Source of the DNA: an uncultured Gammaproteobacteria bacterium
GTDB taxonomy: Bacteria; Patescibacteriota; Patescibacteriia; Magasanikbacterales; GWA2-37-8
Direction of reading: 5' to 3'
Length of the DNA: 54,914 bases
Assembly: GCA_964531745.1 (NCBI GenBank)
Contig: CAZHFX010000001.1
Location: 1 to 54,914 of the forward strand
Below the pieces are notes generated by a model. It was not told the DNA's origin. It was given only the letters and a program-made list of their open reading frames with translations, and did not search any database. The position numbers and the translations under genes are program-made. Each line of letters begins with the position of its first letter. Positions within the stretch are counted from its first letter, which is position 1. Below, in pieces: positions 47,700 through 54,914 of the stretch.

Positions 47700-48398
47700 A
47701 TGATCAAAATTACCAATGTCACAAAAAGCTACCGGAACGGAGATGATTCGGAGTTCCAGGCTCTAAAAAACGTTAGTTTTACAGTGAATGATGGAGAATT
47801 TGTGGCCATAATGGGGCCATCAGGCTCCGGTAAATCCACCCTGATGCACATTCTAGGTTGTCTGGATACGCCAACGTCCGGGACATATGAACTCAACGGC
47901 AATGATGTGTCGCGCCTGAACGATGATGAACTCGCGCGCATACGCGTCAGCAAAATTGGCTTTGTATTTCAATCATTCAATCTGCTGACGCGCGCCAGCG
48001 TTTTGCGCAATGTTACGCTCCCTCTAGTATACGGAGGCACACCGAAGGCGGAACGCGCGGCGCGCGCGGAACGCGCACTGCGTGACGCGGCTTTTCCAGA
48101 ATCTTTTTGGGAACATCGTTCTAACCAGCTGTCCGGCGGCATGATACAGCGTGTCGCCATAGCGCGCGCGCTCGTGAACGATCCGTCTCTTATTTTAGCC
48201 GACGAGCCGACCGGAAATTTAGACAGCGCAACTGGCGAGCAAGTGCTGGCGACTTTTCAACGTTTGCACGAACAGCTCGGACGGACGGTGGTGCTTATTA
48301 CGCACGAACCGTCTGTTGCGGAATACGCGCAACGTGTTATTATCATCCGCGACGGCGCTATTGTGGAAGATAAAAAAAATAATCAACGACGCGTATGA
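47700..48398 (+). CDS. MacB/LolD-type ABC ATPase
   Basis: [24 protein letters not shown] and [11 protein letters not shown]. Confidence 0.9.
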   Translation: MIKITNVTKSYRNGDDSEFQALKNVSFTVNDGEFVAIMGPSGSGKSTLMHILGCLDTPTSGTYELNGNDVSRLNDDELARIRVSKIGFVFQSFNLLTRASVLRNVTLPLVYGGTPKAERAARAERALRDAAFPESFWEHRSNQLSGGMIQRVAIARALVNDPSLILADEPTGNLDSATGEQVLATFQRLHEQLGRTVVLITHEPSVAEYAQRVIIIRDGAIVEDKKNNQRRV

Positions 48399-49612
48399 CA
48401 CCGCACGATCTCGCATTAGAAACGTATACATCGCTGTCCGCGAATAAAGTCCGCTCCGGTCTCACGATTTTAGGCATCATCATCGGTATTGCCTCGGTCA
48501 TCGCCATGGTGTCTATCGGACAGGGAGCGCAAAAAACCATTCAATCCAGCATTGAGGGGCTCGGCTCTAATTTATTAACTATCATGCCCGGATTTATCCA
48601 GCCCGGCCGCGGCGTGGTTTCGTCGGGTCGCGGCTCGGCGCAGTCATTAAAAAATGAGGACATCGCCGTATTGCGCGATATAGCCGGCGTCGCGGCCGTA
48701 TCGCCGGAGTTAAACCGGCGCTTCCAATTAACGTCGGAAGCCGGCAATAATACAAATTCTACGGTGATTGGCGTGGAACCGACGTATGCTGAAGCGCGCA
48801 ATATTATTGTCGGTAACGGCTCGTTTATCGCGGAAACGTCCAGTCGTTCGCTTGCCAAGACGGCTGTGTTAGGGCCGACTGTGGCGCGCGATCTTTTTGG
48901 CGAGGATGACCCGTTAGGCAAAACCGTGCGCATCAATCGCGTCAATTTTCGCGTGATCGGCGTGCTTCAGCCAAAAGGGAGCGCCGGATTTTTCAACCCG
49001 GACGATGTGGTATTCGTGCCGCTTGCCACCATGCAAAAAATTCTAGCCGGGGTTGATTTTTTGTCCACCATCGGAGTGAGTGTCGCGAAAAAAGAATTGA
49101 TGCCACTGGTGCAACAGGAAATTACGACGCAACTGGCGATAAAACATCGTGTTGAACCGGACGCTCCGGATTTTTCCGTAGTATCACAAGCAGATATTTT
49201 GGGGGCACTGACGCAAGTCACGCAAACATTCACGTTATTTTTGGCATCCATCGCCGGAATTTCGCTGGTAGTCGGCGGCATCGGCATCATGAACATGATG
49301 CTGACCACGGTGACGGAACGCACCCGCGAAATCGGACTGCGCAAAGCGATTGGCGCGCGGCGACGCGACATCAGTCTGCAATTTTTGATTGAAGCCGTTT
49401 CCTTCACGTTCATCGGTGGCGTAATCGGCGTCGCCCTCGGGTGGTTGATTTCGTTTGGCGTGTCGCAATTTGCCGGCATCGCGACCAGCGTATCCATCCG
49501 TTCGGTGGCGCTGGCCTTTGGCGTATCCGCGCTAATTGGCATTATATTCGGGTTTTATCCGGCCCGCCGCGCCGCGTCGTTGAATCCGATTGAAGCGTTA
49601 AGATACGAGTAA
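48395..49612 (+). CDS. MacB/FtsX-type ABC permease
   Basis: TM1, a large extracytoplasmic domain, then 3 C-terminal TMs (FtsX fold). The start overlaps the ATPase stop. Confidence 0.85.
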   Translation: MTPHDLALETYTSLSANKVRSGLTILGIIIGIASVIAMVSIGQGAQKTIQSSIEGLGSNLLTIMPGFIQPGRGVVSSGRGSAQSLKNEDIAVLRDIAGVAAVSPELNRRFQLTSEAGNNTNSTVIGVEPTYAEARNIIVGNGSFIAETSSRSLAKTAVLGPTVARDLFGEDDPLGKTVRINRVNFRVIGVLQPKGSAGFFNPDDVVFVPLATMQKILAGVDFLSTIGVSVAKKELMPLVQQEITTQLAIKHRVEPDAPDFSVVSQADILGALTQVTQTFTLFLASIAGISLVVGGIGIMNMMLTTVTERTREIGLRKAIGARRRDISLQFLIEAVSFTFIGGVIGVALGWLISFGVSQFAGIATSVSIRSVALAFGVSALIGIIFGFYPARRAASLNPIEALRYE

Positions 49613-49630
49613 ACAAATCCAAATCAGCTT

Positions 49631-50074
49631 TTACAGCAAAGCCAATTCTAAAGCGGCGCTGGCCGCATCGGCGCCTGAATGCACCCGCGCTTTCGCCTGC
49701 TCTAAACTATTAACCGTAATAACCCCGAAGCCTACGGGAATATGAAAATCAAGCGACACGCGGAGCGCACCTTCTTGAGCGGTCTTGCAGACATAATCAA
49801 AGTGGGGAGTTTCCCCTTTCACCACGCATCCCAGCGCGACCAAACAGTCAAATCGCTTGACGCTGGCTAATTTTTGGAGAGCATAGGGAATTTCCATACT
49901 GCCAGCCACCGACACGACGACGATATTTTTTTTCGCGACACGGCATTCCGCCAAATACCGCAACGCCGAGGCGGTTAATCCTTTCGTTATATCCGTATTA
50001 AAACGCGCCGCCACCAGGCCCACCTTTAATCCGCGTCCGTCAAAAATAATTTTCTCTTTATTTTTTACCTGCAT
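49631..50074 (-). CDS. ribH: 6,7-dimethyl-8-ribityllumazine synthase
   Basis: VGLVAARFNTDIT, SMEIPYA and VVKGETPHFDYV. Confidence 0.85.
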   Translation of the reverse strand: MQVKNKEKIIFDGRGLKVGLVAARFNTDITKGLTASALRYLAECRVAKKNIVVVSVAGSMEIPYALQKLASVKRFDCLVALGCVVKGETPHFDYVCKTAQEGALRVSLDFHIPVGFGVITVNSLEQAKARVHSGADAASAALELALL

Positions 50075-50654
50075 ACATTTTTTCTACATATTTTGCTAAC
50101 ACGTCAACTTCAATATTTACCTTATCCTCCGCTTTCTTGGTGGAAAGGTTTGTTTCTTGCCACGTAAAAGGCAAAATATTAACGGTGAACCAGCTACCCG
50201 CCACTTTCACTGCGGTCAAACTAATACCATCAACCGCCACCGACCCTTTCTCAACCACCCAACGCAACACACCCGGGTCGCGCGGGGTTATTTTCAAAAC
50301 ATGAGAGTCGCCGTCTTCGCTGAACGATGAAATATCACCGATTGTATCAACGTGTCCTTGTACTATATGCCCATCCAACCGGTCGTTTAATCGCAACGCT
50401 TGTTCTAGGTTAACCACTTCGCCCGCTTGTAAATTTTCAATAGTTGAACACGCCGCGGTTTCCGGCATATACGCAAAATTCAAACCGCGGCTAAGGCTAA
50501 TTATCGTCAAACAGACCCCGTTCACCGCCACGCTTTCTCCAGTCTTTACACGCCAACCGCGCGGTTTCACGACCGCGAGCCGGCCGCCGCCGTCATTTTT
50601 TTGTTTCTCATTTTTCTTAACCAGCGCCGTGGCGCCGATAATGCCAGTAAACAT
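50058..50654 (-). CDS. ribE: Riboflavin synthase alpha chain
   Basis: MFTGII start and duplicated barrel motifs (GESVAVNGVCLT / GSVAVDGISLT). Confidence 0.85.
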   Translation of the reverse strand: MFTGIIGATALVKKNEKQKNDGGGRLAVVKPRGWRVKTGESVAVNGVCLTIISLSRGLNFAYMPETAACSTIENLQAGEVVNLEQALRLNDRLDGHIVQGHVDTIGDISSFSEDGDSHVLKITPRDPGVLRWVVEKGSVAVDGISLTAVKVAGSWFTVNILPFTWQETNLSTKKAEDKVNIEVDVLAKYVEKMYAGKK

Positions 50655-50692
50655 AACACTTTATTTATATTTTGCCAAATCACCGCTCAAAA

Positions 50693-51529
50693 CTATAGCG
50701 CCAGCAGAATTAACCCTCCAACCAACAAAATAAGGATGGCCAATTTTATCAAGATATGCCGTTCTTTAAAATATAACGAACCGGATGCGATGGCGAACAT
50801 AACCGCCGAAGATCGCTTGGCAGTCAATACAGCAGACGCCGGAGCCAAGGAATAAGCGTAGCTCTCGGCCACGCCGCCCAACCCCTGGGCGGCCGCTTGC
50901 AACAAATACAGCGGTTTCATAAACAGCCGTAAAGAGTGCCGGCCATCATGCCAACAAACGCGAATAAAGAAATACGCCAGTATAATTAGATAAATGATAA
51001 ATTGCTCAGCTAATACCGAATTAAAACGAGAGATGTTATACTTATACAGCGAAATAGTGGCCGCGGCCATGATCATGCTCAAACTAACTAACCCCATTCC
51101 CTTCTTACTGACAGAAGGAGCGACAAAAATCAACAATAAAGTAATAGCAAGAAGCGCCAAACCGACAAACTGGGTCGGACGAAGATGAAAGCCCAGGGCA
51201 ATGTCAGCTATAAAAAGCAGAGGCACGGTGCCCAAACGTATAAAACTAAAAGTGCTCCGATCGGCTGTGGTAATGGCCATAATGCTTATATGCGCCAAAA
51301 CAACTTCCAGAATGGCGCGCGCAATAAAAGTGGGGAGCGAAAACCAGCTGAAAACAAACAGACTTGGTTTTAAAAAAATCAATATTGAAAATATCAAAAC
51401 GCCGGCGAAAAGCTGAAGAAACCCCATCAAAAAAAGGCTTTGCCGCCCGCTCTCTACTTCATGTTTCCCGATTGAACCAGAAAACTCGGCCAGGCACGAA
51501 CCGAAAGTAACAAGCAAAATCGCCAGCAT
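50693..51529 (-). CDS. DMT/EamA-like 10-TM transporter
   Basis: Ten hydrophobic segments in a two-fold repeat. Substrate unknown. Confidence 0.5.
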   Translation of the reverse strand: MLAILLVTFGSCLAEFSGSIGKHEVESGRQSLFLMGFLQLFAGVLIFSILIFLKPSLFVFSWFSLPTFIARAILEVVLAHISIMAITTADRSTFSFIRLGTVPLLFIADIALGFHLRPTQFVGLALLAITLLLIFVAPSVSKKGMGLVSLSMIMAAATISLYKYNISRFNSVLAEQFIIYLIILAYFFIRVCWHDGRHSLRLFMKPLYLLQAAAQGLGGVAESYAYSLAPASAVLTAKRSSAVMFAIASGSLYFKERHILIKLAILILLVGGLILLAL

Positions 51530-51534
51530 AAAAA

Positions 51535-51966
51535 TCAGGCCGCAGACGGCGGTGGTATTTTATTTTTAACATTCGCGGCCACCGCTAAACCCAGAATTGA
51601 AAGCATCACTATTTGGCAGAGAATACAGACCGGACAAATGACGCGCAATTGGAAAATTTCTCTATAAAAAATCCACAGGCAGAAAAGCGCGCCAAAAATT
51701 GCTAAACCTAAAATTAATTTCCGTTTGAAAAAAATCGCTCCCAGCAGTATGCCGATGTAACCCAATAAACCATACAGCGGGGTCGGGATGCCAAATATTT
51801 TAGCAATCGGGCCGGAAATAACGGCATCGCAATTCACCGTGCTATTGATGGTACAGGGCCGGAAAGCGGTGGCTGGCATAAACTGCTCCACCAGCAAATA
51901 ACCGGCTAAAACGATACCGGTTATCGCCAAAAGTTTGATAGCGAAAAAAAGCTTCTTATTTTCCAT
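51535..51966 (-). CDS. Vitamin K epoxide reductase (VKOR) family protein
   Basis: Loop cysteines C-x7-C (CTINSTVNC) then IFGIPTPLYGLLGY, and a membrane CxxC (CPVC). Start taken at ATG 51966. Confidence 0.6.
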   Translation of the reverse strand: MENKKLFFAIKLLAITGIVLAGYLLVEQFMPATAFRPCTINSTVNCDAVISGPIAKIFGIPTPLYGLLGYIGILLGAIFFKRKLILGLAIFGALFCLWIFYREIFQLRVICPVCILCQIVMLSILGLAVAANVKNKIPPPSAA

Positions 51967-52004
51967 AGATTTTATGGTTAAAAATAATTCTTGAGCGTAG
52001 AAGT

Positions 52005-52033
52005 ATTCTAACAAAAAATCCCTAATTCAACAA
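52005..52033 (-). promoter_or_regulatory. Promoter TTGTTG-17-TGtTAGAAT for the VKOR-DMT-ribEH unit
   Basis: Minus-strand read TTGTTGAATTAGGGATTTTTTGTTAGAAT. Confidence 0.45.
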
Positions 52034-52049
52034 CACCGCGTTCATCGGT

Positions 52050-52077
52050 TTGCCAAAGAATAAAAAAATGCTAGTAT
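52050..52077 (+). promoter_or_regulatory. Promoter TTGCCA-16-TGcTAGTAT, -10 box ends 7 nt before ATG 52085
   Basis: Read directly. Confidence 0.5.
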
Positions 52078-52084
52078 ATAAGGC

Positions 52085-52585
52085 ATGCGCACTCCTTATA
52101 GAAAACCGGGAAAATTCAGTCAAATGGCCCCCGATCCGCTTATGACAACGGATAAACTGGCCGAATTCAAAAATAAATTAGCTCGGCTCAAAACCAGCCA
52201 GCCCCAGGCCGCCGCCGAAGTCGCGCGGCTGGCTGAACTGGGCGATTTCTCGGAAAATGCCGAATATCAGTTGGCCAAAGGGCGCCTGCGGGGCATCAAT
52301 GACGGGATTCTTAACCTGGAACGACAAATAAATCAAGCCGCTATCATTACACCGGAACAGCAAACTGATACCGTTCAAATCGGACACGCGGTTGCCGTTG
52401 AAAATGACGGAAAAGAAAAAACCTACCGAATTCTCGGCTCTTCCGAAACTAACCCGCAAAAAGGGATTATTTCGCACCTCTCCCCTCTTGGGTCAGCGCT
52501 CATTGGACACAAAGCCGGCGAAGAGATAATAATAAAATTGGCGGGGAAAGAAATAAAGTGCCGGATTATAAAAATAGATAAATAA
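52085..52585 (+). CDS. Second GreA/GreB-family factor
   Basis: GDFSENAEY tip and a C-terminal domain parallel to greA at 13595. The N-terminus is uncertain (alternative ATGs at 52124 and 52142). Confidence 0.75.
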   Translation: MRTPYRKPGKFSQMAPDPLMTTDKLAEFKNKLARLKTSQPQAAAEVARLAELGDFSENAEYQLAKGRLRGINDGILNLERQINQAAIITPEQQTDTVQIGHAVAVENDGKEKTYRILGSSETNPQKGIISHLSPLGSALIGHKAGEEIIIKLAGKEIKCRIIKIDK

Positions 52586-52711
52586 AAACAACCCAATCCG
52601 CCAGCCGGTGAATGAGTTGCTTTAGAGAGACTGGAAGTTTTGCACTTCTCCTTTTACCCCGGTGCCTTCCAGTGGCACACCGGGGGTCGCTTGGTGATGG
52701 AAACTTCGCGC

Positions 52712-53620
52712 CTAGCGGCAGAGGCGCGCGATCTGCGCCACCGTCTCGATGACCAGCCGGCCAAACCGCCTCTTCATCTGGTTGGCGACCATCTGCACCT
52801 CCTGGTGCGAGAGCGGCACGCTCGTCTGGCGCAGGCCGGCCACCATGTCGGTGACCAAAGCGAGGTCCAGCACCTCAACTTCGGCCGTGACGCCGCACGG
52901 GCTCTGACCCTTCTCGTCGCGCTTCACGCCCATGTGGACGGCGGCGGTGACTTCGGGGATGGTGGACATCGTGGCGACGTCCGCTCCCACCCGCCGCATC
53001 ATCTCGCCCTCGGCTTCCGACTCGTAGGTGCGCCCCGGCTTGAAGTAGGACACGCCGCGGTGGAGTGTCACGCCCACCTTGAGGGCGCACCGCTTGACGA
53101 GCGCCAGCAGGCGCGGGCTGTACGCGTCGCCCATCGGCTGGAACTCGGTGCCGAGCTCCTTCGCGTCTGGCCCCGCCGTCGGGTCGGGGCAGTCCGAAGC
53201 GATATGGCTGCGCACGGCGACGATATCGCCGGCCTCGAGGTTCCGCGTCACGGCTCCGGTAGCGTGAGTGAGAATGAAGAAGAGCTTGCCCTTCGCCATC
53301 ATGATCATGAGCCGGGTGAGGAACACGACCTCATGGATCGTGAACCCCTCGTAGTAGTGCACGCGACCCTGCAGGATGACGACCGGAATGCCCGCCAGCT
53401 TGCCCCAGCACAGGCGTCCAGCGTGGCCGGTGGCGCGGGCAACCGGACAGTGCGGGACGCTGGAAAACTTGCACGAATGCTTGCCCTTCAGGAGGTTGGC
53501 GAGCCAGCCAAGCCCCGAACCCGCCGTGATGACGATGAGCGGTACGAACCCGGCGAACCTCTTTTTCAGCCACTCCCTGGCCTCGGTGAGTTTTTCCAGT
53601 TCGGTCATTGCCGACTCCAT
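52712..53620 (-). CDS. Purine nucleoside phosphorylase (trimeric PNP/PunA family), high-GC gene
   Basis: ATGHAGRL, QGRVHYYEG and MSTIPEV. The base-contact Asn position reads Asp (LALVTD). There is a ~16-aa insertion before it. Confidence 0.8.
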   Translation of the reverse strand: MESAMTELEKLTEAREWLKKRFAGFVPLIVITAGSGLGWLANLLKGKHSCKFSSVPHCPVARATGHAGRLCWGKLAGIPVVILQGRVHYYEGFTIHEVVFLTRLMIMMAKGKLFFILTHATGAVTRNLEAGDIVAVRSHIASDCPDPTAGPDAKELGTEFQPMGDAYSPRLLALVKRCALKVGVTLHRGVSYFKPGRTYESEAEGEMMRRVGADVATMSTIPEVTAAVHMGVKRDEKGQSPCGVTAEVEVLDLALVTDMVAGLRQTSVPLSHQEVQMVANQMKRRFGRLVIETVAQIARLCR

Positions 53621-53672
53621 CGCCTCGGATGAGGCTTCGTTGGTAAATCTGCGCGGAACGCGCGACTGTTCT

Positions 53673-53700
53673 ATTTTACTTATTTTTTATGATTTGTCAA
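53673..53700 (-). promoter_or_regulatory. Promoter TTGACA-16-TAAAAT upstream of the PNP gene
   Basis: Minus-strand read TTGACAAATCATAAAAAATAAGTAAAAT. It is AT-rich, unlike the gene it precedes. Confidence 0.5.
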
Positions 53701-53965
53701 TGCTGTGAACTCAAGGCCGGTTATGCCGCATATTGTCCAGCACCCAATTATATTCTATTTCATTATTTGTAAATTTGATTTCAGAATCTAACGCAACACT
53801 TGGCGCTTAGCGTCAAAGCGGTTAGGTTAGGTGGACGCTACCGACGTGCTACTTTGAAGTTAAAATATCTGCTCCGAACGCTGAACGAAATCCGAACTTT
53901 TTTTAGCGAAAATCCGAACACTGAATTTTGAAAAACTTTTAGATCGCCTGTTCGCCTTTGGCGGA

Positions 53966-54013
53966 GGCGGGCAAAAAGGAAGGGGGTTGGGGGGGAAGGA
54001 ATTTTTGCCCGCC
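53966..54013. repeat. 12-bp perfect stem (GGCGGGCAAAAA/TTTTTGCCCGCC) capped by a 24-nt G-tract loop
   Basis: The loop GGAAGGGGGTTGGGGGGGAAGGAA has four G-runs and near mirror symmetry. Confidence 0.7.
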
Positions 54014-54064
54014 CTCGCTTTTCCGCCGCCGCCGAATTTCGTGCCAGTGAAACTGGCGTGCCGT

Positions 54065-54460
54065 CTATCTATTTAAATAAGTAATGGTTAGTTGCAAAAC
54101 TGTCGCAAACGACACCCAGAGCAAATACGGAATTTGGATGTATGTAATCCAGCGGGCGTGCGGATAAATAGCCGCCATTGCCCATATAAGCGTGCCAAGA
54201 ACGAACAAAATATCTATCGCCGCCAAAAGATTATTTTTGAGTCCGAATTGCAGCGGCGTAAACGCAAAGTTAAAAATCAAGTTTAGGACGAAAGGCAAAG
54301 CGACAATCAAAGCAATCTCTTTTTTGGCAGCCATCCAAAATACCTTGCCAAAGGAAATTGCGATTAAAACATAAAGAAAAGTCCATACCGGACCAAAAAG
54401 CCAGCTCGGTGGCGACCATGATGGTTTAATAAGTTCTGCGTATTGCGTTGATTCGTTCAT
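54065..54460 (-). CDS. tspO: TspO/MBR-family protein lacking the first TM helix
   Basis: It starts at ...YAELIKPSWSPPSWLFGPVWTFLY, the conserved loop after TM1 in full-length TspO. Length is 131 aa against about 155 aa. Confidence 0.7.
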   Translation of the reverse strand: MNESTQYAELIKPSWSPPSWLFGPVWTFLYVLIAISFGKVFWMAAKKEIALIVALPFVLNLIFNFAFTPLQFGLKNNLLAAIDILFVLGTLIWAMAAIYPHARWITYIQIPYLLWVSFATVLQLTITYLNR

Positions 54461-54478
54461 AAAAATATTTAAAATATA

Positions 54479-54784
54479 TTAATCACTGATAAATAAGCTG
54501 TGCAGAGGGATAAAAAGGATTGTGAGCAAGCCTATACCGGTTGAAATATAGACGAGAACAGAAGATTCCCTGTATTTTCGTATCGCTCTCAAACCCAACA
54601 CAAAAGCGACGATGGAAGCGGAAAATATGACTGGAATGGTGCTATCCCACCAGCGATTATCATAAGACAATAGACCGAGGCCGTTGACAAGCAATGCGGA
54701 AATACCGACACCGACCAAAAAAAACGACTGTAACCACACAGACCATCTACCCAAACTGGTTTTTGGTATAAAATTCAATTTCAT
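54479..54784 (-). CDS. Hypothetical 3-TM membrane protein
   Basis: Hydropathy only. It is in the same reading frame as tspO, separated by one TAA and 6 codons. Confidence 0.45.
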   Translation of the reverse strand: MKLNFIPKTSLGRWSVWLQSFFLVGVGISALLVNGLGLLSYDNRWWDSTIPVIFSASIVAFVLGLRAIRKYRESSVLVYISTGIGLLTILFIPLHSLFISD

Positions 54785-54800
54785 ATATTTTCATTTTACC

Positions 54801-54827
54801 AAAAAATCGCCAATTTGGCGATTTTTT
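54801..54827. terminator. 27-nt perfect palindrome, bidirectional terminator-like (A6-TCGCCAA-T-TTGGCGA-T6)
   Basis: Read directly. On the minus strand it is followed by TGGTAAAAT-8 nt-ATG of the 54784 gene. Confidence 0.55.
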
Positions 54828-54914
54828 AATCTGGCTCGCCCTGCTCAACGATTTTCGAACTTTTGACTGGGCGGAGGAGTATAAATATCCTACCGTGGTT
54901 TTAGACCAGATGAA

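Noticed and set aside
50655-50692. Expected cis-regulatory RNAs: an FMN riboswitch before ribE/ribH and T-boxes before serS, lysS and metG.
   Set aside because: The upstream spacers are only 0-38 nt (genes abut or overlap), far too short for these elements. The 118-nt region before the VKOR gene is occupied by two divergent promoters.
52640-53632. A 330-aa ORF on the plus strand, the longest unannotated ORF in the window.
   Set aside because: It is exactly antisense to the PNP gene. Its product is R/A/G/H-rich low-complexity sequence, as expected for stop-free antisense frames in 62-65% GC DNA. The minus-strand frame carries clear PNP motifs.
53689-53772. A 27-codon Cys-rich mini-ORF (MICQCCELKAGYAAYCPAPNYILFHYL) that might look like a RiPP or toxin precursor.
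   Set aside because: It overlaps the predicted PNP promoter on the opposite strand. It has no SD site or promoter of its own, and no maturation or immunity genes are nearby. It is most likely fortuitous.
54828-54914. Right-edge sequence with TTGACT-17-TATCCT and a stop-free minus-strand frame running in from the window edge.
   Set aside because: The -10 is poor. The open frame translates to non-protein-like sequence and runs through the terminator palindrome. The window ends too soon to judge what lies beyond.

Overview
This is a 54.9-kb chromosomal segment from a compact bacterium with few Shine-Dalgarno (SD) sites. Gene content, gene fusions and tight packing look Patescibacteria/CPR-like, which is an inference. 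I call about 58 protein genes, most on the minus strand. They include four aminoacyl-tRNA synthetases (gltX, 5'-truncated by the window edge; serS; lysS; metG). Cell-wall and shape genes are an M23 peptidase, ddl, alr, ftsQ and mreB-mreC-mreD-mrdA. There is a complete F1Fo ATP synthase operon (atpZ-B-E-F-H-A-G-D-C). Nucleic-acid housekeeping genes are rlmN, rsmI, two GreA-family genes, a DEAD-box helicase, a UvrD-type helicase-nuclease, a Xer recombinase, tatD and a DEDDy exonuclease. A MacAB-like efflux module and a VKOR-DMT-ribE-ribH unit are also present. I saw no rRNA, tRNA, CRISPR array or transposase. No clear multi-gene novel system (for example a defence island) is visible. The points most worth a second look are listed here.
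1. A consensus promoter followed about 64 nt later by an intrinsic terminator, just upstream of the Xer gene (candidate sRNA or attenuator).
2. Two unusual fusions: G6PD with 6PGDH, and HAM1/ITPase with Nudix.
3. A purine nucleoside phosphorylase gene at about 62-65% GC in a background of about 43%, flanked by long non-coding DNA carrying iteron-like repeats and a G-tract hairpin.
4. A decayed accessory patch at 41.4-44.5 kb: a histidine-kinase remnant, a secreted beta-helix-like protein with a perfect sigma-70 promoter, a truncated cupin and a low-GC membrane gene.
5. A 79-nt palindrome, and several G/C-tract mini-palindromes, two of which lie in frame inside conserved enzymes.
6. Extended -10 boxes that repeatedly sit 6-8 nt from start codons, which suggests leaderless mRNAs.
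All promoter, terminator and family calls were made by eye and from memory of motifs. No searches were run.
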